A stretch of DNA of 42,649 nucleotides, from the NCBI GenBank assembly GCA_012730035.1, contig JAAYBQ010000044.1:1-42649 (forward strand), read 5' to 3'. Below are positions 17,771 to 25,233 of the stretch, in pieces. This DNA is from Spirochaetota bacterium (GTDB taxonomy: Bacteria; Spirochaetota; UBA4802; UBA5550). Positions within the stretch are counted from its first letter, which is position 1, and each line of letters starts with the position of its first letter. The position numbers and the translations under genes were made by a program. Under the pieces are notes generated by a model, which was not told the origin of the DNA, searched no databases, and saw only the letters and a program-made list of their open reading frames with translations.

Positions 17771-20458
17771 ATGGAAAAAAAAGAGAGTGCAGCTGAACCC
17801 TTTGAGGCATGGGTCATACTTGGCCGGGGATGCAGAATAGCAGGCCACAATAAGGAATTTGAACAGCTTTTCGGAAGCGAGGTCACATCAGGCGGCAGGT
17901 TCTGTCTGCAGGGGCATGACGGCGGGCAGCCATGCTCGTCATGCCTGGTTGATGACGCTGGCGATTTTCCTGAAATGACACTGTTGTCCGCTGACAGGGA
18001 GATTAACGGCAGGATGTACAGGATGCGATTCAAGCGGTTCCTGTACGGCAGCGGTTATGAATCCCTTGTGGCAGGAAGAATAATGGAGAGCGCAGTTGCG
18101 GACGCCATGGCTGTGCAGGCTGTTTCATTTTTCCAGAACTATATTTCGGCGCTCGAATCTGTAAAGGTGCTGCCGTGGAAGCTTGACCTGAATAATTTTA
18201 AACTCTACAACCAGTTCAATGAAAGACTGGTTTTCGGGCCCGGACTCTCGGGCGTTAATCTTGAGGCATGGATTGAACTGACTCATCCCGATGACAGGAC
18301 TGTATTTATGCCCGCCATTGATTCAATGATCAGGGGGGATCAGGGTGAGTTCGATGTGGACTACAGGATAACGGACGGCAAAGGGGGCTGGCGCTGGGTG
18401 CATATTAACGGCATCGTAAACCAGCGGGACAGTTCGGGCAGGGGGCTTTCTGCAAACGGGTATGTTCTTGATACGACCGTTGTAAGGGGGCTTGAGGAGC
18501 GTATAAGGGAAAGGGAGACAAGGCTGCGCGACAGCGAGAGCAGGCTTGCGAGCGCAATCAGGCTGGGGCGCATGTCTCCCTGGGAATATATTTTCAGCGC
18601 CGACAGGTTTATAACAAACCGCCAGCTTTCGGACTTCTGGGGATACGGCGATTATTATGACAGAAAGGAACCCGTCGGCAGAGAGGCCCTTGCGGGCAGG
18701 ATCCACCCCGAAGACCGGAAATTTGTGGTCGAGCAGTTTGAAAACGCGGTCTCCAGGGGCGAAAATTCTGAAATGGTCTTCAGGCTGGTAGTCGAAGGCC
18801 AGGTAAGGTATGTGCATTTTACATGGGAGGCTGTGTTTGAAGATGGCATACCGGTTAAACTGGTCGGTATTGCCCAGGACCTGACTTCGCTGCGCGCGCT
18901 GGAATCACAGCTTGAAAGGAAGGACGAAGGACTTAAGTTTATAACCGAGAGGATCGGTATAGGGCTCTGGTACATAAACGTGGCCGAAATGAAGCTCTAT
19001 CTTATGAGGGATGAATACAGCGTTGCGGGCGCGGGCGACACTTCGATTATACTGGGGCTTGATGAATTTTTTATCGCGCTTCATCCCGAAGACGTCACAG
19101 GGAGCAGGCAGTGGATCGGAAGGCTGTTAAAGGGACTTGATGATACAGGCGAAACGGAGTTCCGCTTTAAAATAGGCTCCGAGTACAAGTGGTTCAGGAT
19201 ATCAGCCGCGATCAACAACCGCGATGAGGGCGGGAACCCTTTGACCCTGAGGGGGCTTTTCCAGGATATAACCGAACGCAAGGAGATTGAAACAAGGCTC
19301 TACCAGTCGCAGAAGATGGAGGCCATAGGCAGGCTTGCCGGCGGAGTGGCGCACGATTTTAACAACATACTCCAGGTGATACTGGGGTACGGGAGCCTCG
19401 CGCTCATGGACGTTGACAACGGGAGCGAGATGTTCGAATACATAAGCAACATAGTAGATTCGGGCGAGAAGGCGCGCAGCCTTGTAAGACAGCTTCTGCT
19501 CTTTGCCAGGAGGGAGAAGTTCAAGCCCGAGCCTGTCTTTCCCGATGATCTTATAAACGGCCTTACCATGATGCTCCGGCGCGTAATAGGCGAAAATATT
19601 ACCCTTGAGTTTATACCCGGAGGGGACGCGCGCAGCATCTTTGGTGATTCGGGCCAGCTTGAACAGGTTGTGATGAACCTGTGCATTAACGCGCGTGACG
19701 CGGCAAATGGGAACGGCTCTGTCGTAATAAGGACAAAAAACGTGATTATCGATGAACCCTGGCCATGCTTCGACAGCATAATGCAGCCCGGTGAATATTC
19801 AATGATAAGCGTGACCGATACGGGCGTCGGCATTCCCCCCGAATACCATGACAGAATATTTGAACCCTTCTTTACCACCAAGGAGAAGAACAGGGGAACC
19901 GGGCTGGGTCTGGCAACAGCCTACGCCATTGTCAAGCAGCACCGCGGGTATATTGACTTTCACAGTATCCCGGGCAAGGGGAGCACGTTTACAGTCTACC
20001 TGCCGGTTTATAGCGACGGGCCGGAGGGTGTTGAGAAGGAAGAACAGGGAAGCGTTGACGATAATTACAGCGGCAGGGGAACAATACTTATCGCGGAGGA
20101 TGACGAACTTATACGCAGATATACATGCAGAATACTTGAGGATTCGGGATTCAGCGTGATTACGGCAACCAACGGGCTTGAAGCCGTTGAACTTTACGGA
20201 AAACAGAGCGATGCTGTTGACCTGCTTTTACTGGACGTAATAATGCCCGGTATGAACGGCTGGGACGTGTACAATAATATACGCGGGCCCGAACTGAAAC
20301 TCCCCGTGGTCTTTTTCAGCGGGTATGACGAAAACCTTCTTCCGGGAGACTTTAAGAGCGAAATGCCCATGAGGTATGTGCAGAAGCCATTTAAGTACTA
20401 CGATCTTGTAAAGGCTATACAGGAACTGCTGGAACAGGCAGGGCAGGGCAGGCCGTAA
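17771..20458 (+). CDS. hybrid sensor histidine kinase (Cys-rich N-terminus, multiple PAS/PAC, HisKA, HATPase, C-terminal receiver)
   Basis: H-box GGVAHDFNNILQVILGY, N-box VVMNLCINARDA, G1 VTDTGVGIP, G2 GTGLGLATAYAIV. Receiver motifs are ILIAEDDE, DLLLLDVIMPGMNG and VQKPF. PAS/PAC-like repeats include WRWVHINGIV and KWFRISAAIN. Confidence 0.9.
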   Translation: MEKKESAAEPFEAWVILGRGCRIAGHNKEFEQLFGSEVTSGGRFCLQGHDGGQPCSSCLVDDAGDFPEMTLLSADREINGRMYRMRFKRFLYGSGYESLVAGRIMESAVADAMAVQAVSFFQNYISALESVKVLPWKLDLNNFKLYNQFNERLVFGPGLSGVNLEAWIELTHPDDRTVFMPAIDSMIRGDQGEFDVDYRITDGKGGWRWVHINGIVNQRDSSGRGLSANGYVLDTTVVRGLEERIRERETRLRDSESRLASAIRLGRMSPWEYIFSADRFITNRQLSDFWGYGDYYDRKEPVGREALAGRIHPEDRKFVVEQFENAVSRGENSEMVFRLVVEGQVRYVHFTWEAVFEDGIPVKLVGIAQDLTSLRALESQLERKDEGLKFITERIGIGLWYINVAEMKLYLMRDEYSVAGAGDTSIILGLDEFFIALHPEDVTGSRQWIGRLLKGLDDTGETEFRFKIGSEYKWFRISAAINNRDEGGNPLTLRGLFQDITERKEIETRLYQSQKMEAIGRLAGGVAHDFNNILQVILGYGSLALMDVDNGSEMFEYISNIVDSGEKARSLVRQLLLFARREKFKPEPVFPDDLINGLTMMLRRVIGENITLEFIPGGDARSIFGDSGQLEQVVMNLCINARDAANGNGSVVIRTKNVIIDEPWPCFDSIMQPGEYSMISVTDTGVGIPPEYHDRIFEPFFTTKEKNRGTGLGLATAYAIVKQHRGYIDFHSIPGKGSTFTVYLPVYSDGPEGVEKEEQGSVDDNYSGRGTILIAEDDELIRRYTCRILEDSGFSVITATNGLEAVELYGKQSDAVDLLLLDVIMPGMNGWDVYNNIRGPELKLPVVFFSGYDENLLPGDFKSEMPMRYVQKPFKYYDLVKAIQELLEQAGQGRP

Positions 20459-20465
20459 CACAGGG

Positions 20466-20486
20466 CCCGGGGACTCACCCCCCGGG
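20466..20486 (+). terminator. GC hairpin downstream of the kinase stop (weak intrinsic-terminator candidate)
   Basis: CCCGGGG-actcacc-CCCCGGG (7-bp stem) starts 8 nt after the TAA at 20456-58. It is followed only by gTTATTA, so the U-tract is poor. Confidence 0.3.
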
Positions 20487-20549
20487 GTTATTACCCGATG
20501 TGACAGCCCCTTCGGGCATCCGCTCCCGAACAGAGCGCAGCGTCTTCGA

Positions 20550-20801
20550 GAGGTGCAAACTTCCACCTCTGAGGTCCAAACTTCCACCTCTGAGGTCCAA
20601 ACTTCCACCTCTGAGGTCCAAACTTCCACCTCTGAGGTGCAAACTTCCACCTCTGAGGTCCAAACTTCCACCTCTGAGGTGCAAACTTCCACCTCCGGGG
20701 TCCAAACTTCCACCTCTGAGGTCCAAACTTCCACCTCTGAGGTGCAAACTTCCACCTCCGAGGTCCAAACTTCCACCTCCGGGGTGCAAATTTCTATCCG
20801 C
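20550..20801. repeat. tandem array of 12 x 21-bp units, consensus GAGGT(G/C)CAAACTTCCACCTCT; the last unit is degenerate
   Basis: Unit boundaries counted by hand: 20550, 20571, 20592, 20613, 20634, 20655, 20676, 20697, 20718, 20739, 20760, 20781. Position 6 by unit reads G C C C G C G C C G C G. Units 7, 10 and 11 end in C instead of T. Units 8 and 12 start GGGG. There are no spacers, and five of the six reading frames are open across it. It lies between two convergent genes. Confidence 0.95.
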
Positions 20802-20909
20802 GAGGCATGACGTTCCACCCCTTTGAAACAAAAATAATCATATTCTTATGAAGTTTTTACCCGGCAGTACCTGGTTTGAGCATACCGCCGGGAATATGAA
20901 GTGCATTAA

Positions 20910-21386
20910 TCAGGAGGATTGTTTTTTCGGGGACTTTTTGCCAGGGAACCTGGATGAAAGGTCATCGAGTATGCTCCCGGCCTTTACCACATTAGCCTTT
21001 TGCGCGTATTTAACCGAATTGTAGAACATAAGCGCCGCGGAGTAGGCATCGCTCCCTGCTATTGCCATGCTGTCAGAGAGCGAGGCTGAAATCTGGCTGA
21101 TGGGCCCGTGCAGTGAACGCAGTGTTGCCACGGCATTTACGTCGCACCTGAATTCATCCATGTCCAGAAATGGAGGCGCAAGCTCGGGATTTAAAGAGCT
21201 GTGCTCAAGCGCCTTCTCGACAAAGGCAAGGGTCTTGTCACCCATTTTGGGAAGCTGGTTTTTATCGTCCCCTTTTAGATTTTTCAGAAGGGGGAGCAGC
21301 TTTGTGTTAAGGGTGGCAATAGCCTTTTTGATCTCCGAGAGATCCTGTTGAGACGGATTGAAAGAAATTAGATTTTGTTGGGTCAT
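20910..21386 (-). CDS. conserved hypothetical protein (family with an LPKMGDK...F(V)EKALE...NPEL(A/V)PPFLD motif)
   Basis: 158 aa counted from the ATG at 21386, which has AGGAG 6 nt upstream. The track start at 21392 (GTG) sits just downstream of that SD. I recall the motif pattern from widespread uncharacterised bacterial proteins, but this was not verified. Confidence 0.7.
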   Translation of the reverse strand: MTQQNLISFNPSQQDLSEIKKAIATLNTKLLPLLKNLKGDDKNQLPKMGDKTLAFVEKALEHSSLNPELAPPFLDMDEFRCDVNAVATLRSLHGPISQISASLSDSMAIAGSDAYSAALMFYNSVKYAQKANVVKAGSILDDLSSRFPGKKSPKKQSS

Positions 21387-21428
21387 ATTCACTCCTTTTA
21401 GTGATGTTTTTTTGTTCTTATTACATCA

Positions 21429-21457
21429 AAATAGAGCAATTACCAATAAAAGAGTCA
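21429..21457 (-). promoter_or_regulatory. candidate promoter for the 20910..21386 gene
   Basis: Minus strand: TTGACT (21457-52), a 17-nt spacer, then TCTATT (21434-29). It lies about 40 nt upstream of the ATG, and phased A-tracts lie further upstream. Confidence 0.25.
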
Positions 21458-21969
21458 AGCATTATTCTGTAAATAGTGTCAAAAAATTATAAAAAATACT
21501 AAAAATTTAGGTTTTTTGGTGCGGAAGTCTCTAAATTTCCCGCATATACTATACAAACGAATGGGACACTCTGTGTCGTACCTGCTGTGATATTATAAAT
21601 TAAGCATTATTTTATTAAGGATTGCTCTCTGTTTCGGATGCCAGGTATGTAATTTTATGCTTGAAGTTTGCGGTAAAAGGGTCTGAACCTTTATTCAGGG
21701 ATTAAAGGTTTAAGGAATTGGCATGATTTAAAACAATGAATTTTTTTATGAAGAGAAATTTGCACCAGGGCAGATAATTTGATACAAAATCCTGTTAATC
21801 CTGCTGTCATGATAATCATGCTTCAGACGATTAGGTAAAAGTTCAGGCAGAGCATAAAAGGTTTGATTGATAAATTGTTCAGGAATAAAAGCTGAACAGA
21901 ATTTTCAGGTATCTGATAAAGAGACGGGGTGCTGGAGATGGAGCAGCAGATGAATATGCGGAGGTTAAG

Positions 21970-24900
21970 ATGCCGGGATTCACACTGATTACGGGCAACA
22001 GGCTTGAGGTGCTTGCAGAGATGTGCAGCGCTGACCTCGCGGCCTATCCGCTGCCCCCCATGCAGGGGGAGGTTATATGCGTGCAGAGTATGGGCATGAT
22101 GAAGTGGCTTACGCTCAGGCTCGCTGAAGCGAACGGAGTATGGGCCAACTGCAGGTATATCTTTCCCAATAACATGTCATCCATGCTTCTTGAGGGCTTT
22201 TTTCCAGGTTCGGGGAACGAACGGTATTTTGACCGCGCGTCAATCCCCTGGCAGATTATGCGGGTGCTGAAGTCGGTTATGAACAGGCCCGTATTCAGCC
22301 AGATAGCTGAGTACACAGGGGATGACCCTTCAGGGGTCAGGATGTACCAGCTCTGTTCAGCTGTAAGCGATGTTTTTGACCAGTACATGACCTTCAGGCC
22401 TGAAATGATTAATGCCTGGGACAGGGGTGGTGATGCAGATCTGTGGCAGGCTGAACTCTGGAGGCTGGTAACCCGGGAGCTCGACTCGCAGAGCCCGCCT
22501 TCTCTCCTTGAGAGGCTTAAGCCCATGCTCCGTTCTGAAGGGTTCAGGCCCGCAGGGGACCTTCCGCGCAGGCTTACTCTGTTCGGCATATCATATCTGC
22601 CGCTATATCACATAAACCTGCTCTTTGCCGCTTCGTCATTCACAGATATACGCATGTACATGCTAAATCCATCTGAGGCTTACTGGGGTGATATTCTGGG
22701 TGAAAAGGACAAGCTGAAGATTATTTCAAGGTTCCCCATACCCCCATCTGATCCTGAAGCCGACCTTCACCTTGATTCGGGCAACCCGCTGCTGGCCTCG
22801 ATGGGCAGGCCGGGGCGTGACTTTATCCGCAGCATATTCTCTATGGACTGTGACACGGAGCAGAATTTTTATGAACCCGAAGGCGGAACGCTGCTGGCAA
22901 TGGTGCAGCAGGATATATTCAACATGACCGACAGGTCCCGCACCGGCGAAAAACTCACACCCGGGCAGATTGCTGATGATACTTCCATAATAATAAATTC
23001 CTGCCACAGCCCCATGCGTGAAATTGAGGTTCTGCGCGACTACATTCTTGACCTGTTTAACAGCAATGACGGGCTTGAACCGCGCGATATTATTGTCATG
23101 GCCCCCGATATTGAAATCTATTCGGGATGCGTTGAACCGGTGTTTTCGGGCAGCGGCACGGGCAAGGACATACCATTCAGGATTGCCGACAGAAAGCCCG
23201 CGGCATCGGAGCCTTCTATCGCGGCGTTCCTGGAACTGCTTGACCTGCCCGGTTCAAGGTTTACCGCTTCGCGGATAATCTCGCTGCTCGACTGCGCTGA
23301 AATTTCGGGGCACTTCGGATTTAACCTGCAGGAGAGGGAAAGGATAGCATCGTGGATAAGGGATACGAACGCGCGCTGGGGAATTGACGCGGAGTTCAGG
23401 CGAAAAATGAACCTGCCCGCGGATGAAGCCAATACATTCAGCGCGGGCATTAAAAGGCTTATTACCGGGCTGCTCGTTTCGGGCGATGAACCCTGCCTGG
23501 GGGTGCTACCTCTTGAATCTGCCGACCCCGGCGATTCTCTGCTTATGGGCAGATTTATTACATACATAAAGACCCTTGAAGAGTCCTGCCGGAACCTCAT
23601 GTCTGAGCATACACTACACGAGTGGTACGACATACTTATGTTCATGATCAGTTCACTCTTCTCTACGGTTGAGGGTGTTCCCGGCGCGATGATGCCCGTT
23701 ACGGACGCGGTTTCACTTTTGCGACAGGCCGGCATAAGCTCCGGTTTTTCTGACAGCGTCGGTATTGCGCCCGTTAAAGAATTTATTGAATCACGCATGG
23801 CATCGCCGGGCTCTGTGAGAGATTTTATAAGCGGTGCTGTCACATTCTGTGAAATGCTCCCCATGAGAAGCATCCCGTGCAGAGTTATCTGCCTGCTTGG
23901 CATGGACGCGAAGTCTTTCCCCGGAAGGTCTGCTTCGCGCGGATTTGACCTTATGGCGGCAAAGCCTGCAAGGGGGGACAGGTCTGTCAGGGACGAGGGG
24001 CGCTACTTGTTTCTTGAAACCATAATCTCGGCCCGGGACAGGCTGTACATAAGCTACACCGGGCAGAATATAATAAACAACACGACCAACGATCCCTCGC
24101 CTGTGGTGAGCGAACTTCTTGATTACATAGCCTCTTTCGGCAGCGCGGCTGAGGCTGATGAAATACGCAGCGCTATGATCACGCTGCAGAAGCTTAACAG
24201 GTACAGCAGCGGATACTTTCTGCCGGAAAGCGGACTCTACAGCTTCTCACCGGTGAACATGAAAGAGGCAGAGGCTGCGATAAAAAATCCGTCAGCATCG
24301 CCCCTCTTCTTCAGCGGCCCGCTACCCGCAGCCGGGGGCGAATACCGCCTGACGACCGCAGACCTTGCATGGTTTATGCGCAGCCCGGCCAGGGCCCTGT
24401 GCGTTTCAAGGCTGGGCATTTCTCTTGAGATAAAAGAGACCGCCCCCCTTGACGACGAGCCCTTTGAGATTGACCGCAGAACCGGTTACAGCCTTAACGG
24501 CGAGCTGCTGCAGGTTATGGCCGGCGGCGGCGACACGCAGCCGCTCTTTGATAAAATGAAGGCCGCGGGAATGCTGCCTCACGGCGCGGCAGGCAGGGCT
24601 GCCTTTGATAAATCTGCCGGCGGCGTAAAGAGGTTTATAGAGATGATTCCCGGCGCCTTTGCCCGGCCCGAAAATTTCGCAGGCTGCGAAGTCACCTGCC
24701 GTGGCGTGCATCTGCGGATTAAGCCATGCACTCTTTACGATGGGGAACCTGTATTTGCCGCCCCCTTTGGGCTGCGGAGCCTTGACCTTTTAAGGTCATG
24801 GATTGAACACCTTGTGCTCTGCGCCTGCGGTAAAAAAATTCGCACCCGTATTTTTTACGGCGAAGAGTCCAGGGGGAATTATTCCGTTAAACAGGCTGTG

Positions 24901-25233
24901 TTCGATTACGCTGCTGACGCGCAGTCACTGCTTGAAAAGCTCGCGGACCTTTACGTTGAGGGTATGAACGGGCCCGTGGAGCTCTTTCCTGAAAGCTCGC
25001 GCGCCTTTGTTGAGGCATTCAACAGTCCGGGCAAAGATGAGCCCCTTGCGAAAGGCATGAAGGCTGCGCGCGAAAGGTTCTACAACTTCAGGTATCCTGA
25101 AAACGCGGATCCATACATACTTAAGGTTTTCGGCAGCGGTTATTCTCCGGGCAGAAAGTTCAGGGATACGGCACTGGCGGTTTACGGCCCGGTCTATGAA
25201 AACATGGCAGGGGAGGTGCAGGGTGATGAATGA
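21970..25233 (+). CDS. recC: exodeoxyribonuclease V gamma subunit RecC
   Basis: 1087 aa starting MPGFTLITGNRLEVLAE, a RecC-type N-terminus. GGAGG lies 5 nt upstream of the ATG. It is followed by recB and recD with overlapping stop/start codons. Confidence 0.9.
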   Translation: MPGFTLITGNRLEVLAEMCSADLAAYPLPPMQGEVICVQSMGMMKWLTLRLAEANGVWANCRYIFPNNMSSMLLEGFFPGSGNERYFDRASIPWQIMRVLKSVMNRPVFSQIAEYTGDDPSGVRMYQLCSAVSDVFDQYMTFRPEMINAWDRGGDADLWQAELWRLVTRELDSQSPPSLLERLKPMLRSEGFRPAGDLPRRLTLFGISYLPLYHINLLFAASSFTDIRMYMLNPSEAYWGDILGEKDKLKIISRFPIPPSDPEADLHLDSGNPLLASMGRPGRDFIRSIFSMDCDTEQNFYEPEGGTLLAMVQQDIFNMTDRSRTGEKLTPGQIADDTSIIINSCHSPMREIEVLRDYILDLFNSNDGLEPRDIIVMAPDIEIYSGCVEPVFSGSGTGKDIPFRIADRKPAASEPSIAAFLELLDLPGSRFTASRIISLLDCAEISGHFGFNLQERERIASWIRDTNARWGIDAEFRRKMNLPADEANTFSAGIKRLITGLLVSGDEPCLGVLPLESADPGDSLLMGRFITYIKTLEESCRNLMSEHTLHEWYDILMFMISSLFSTVEGVPGAMMPVTDAVSLLRQAGISSGFSDSVGIAPVKEFIESRMASPGSVRDFISGAVTFCEMLPMRSIPCRVICLLGMDAKSFPGRSASRGFDLMAAKPARGDRSVRDEGRYLFLETIISARDRLYISYTGQNIINNTTNDPSPVVSELLDYIASFGSAAEADEIRSAMITLQKLNRYSSGYFLPESGLYSFSPVNMKEAEAAIKNPSASPLFFSGPLPAAGGEYRLTTADLAWFMRSPARALCVSRLGISLEIKETAPLDDEPFEIDRRTGYSLNGELLQVMAGGGDTQPLFDKMKAAGMLPHGAAGRAAFDKSAGGVKRFIEMIPGAFARPENFAGCEVTCRGVHLRIKPCTLYDGEPVFAAPFGLRSLDLLRSWIEHLVLCACGKKIRTRIFYGEESRGNYSVKQAVFDYAADAQSLLEKLADLYVEGMNGPVELFPESSRAFVEAFNSPGKDEPLAKGMKAARERFYNFRYPENADPYILKVFGSGYSPGRKFRDTALAVYGPVYENMAGEVQGDE

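Noticed and set aside
20550-20801. CRISPR array interpretation of the tandem repeat.
   Set aside because: The units are directly adjacent with no unique spacers, and the unit length is 21 bp. No cas genes or leader-like arrangement are present in the window.
20228-20831. ORFs running through the 21-bp array: 20553..20810 (+) MQTSTSEVQTSTSEV..., 20500..20826 (+) KLPPLRS repeats, 20228..20818 (-) EVEVWTS repeats, 20475..20831 (-) GGSLDLR repeats.
   Set aside because: Five reading frames are open at once simply because the unit contains no stop codon. None has a convincing ATG plus SD. The longest one continues antisense into the 3' end of the histidine kinase gene. I treat them as artefacts of a non-coding repeat, though a translated repeat peptide cannot be formally excluded.
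21938-21988. 16-codon upstream ORF (MEQQMNMRRLRCRDSH) overlapping the recC start.
   Set aside because: There is no usable SD: GGAG is directly adjacent to the ATG. The GGAGG at 21960-64 is instead correctly spaced for the recC ATG at 21970.
23118-23903. Long antisense or shadow ORFs inside well-supported genes. Examples are 23118..23903 (-) in recC, 19300..19881 (-) in the kinase, 15191..15745 (-) in ndh, 227..733 (-) in rsmH, 12949..13386 (-) in ftsZ, and 41794..42129 and 42459..42644 (-) in ugd.
   Set aside because: Each lies wholly within a gene whose product has clear family motifs on the other strand. Their translations are low-complexity or Arg/Ser/Pro-rich with no motifs.
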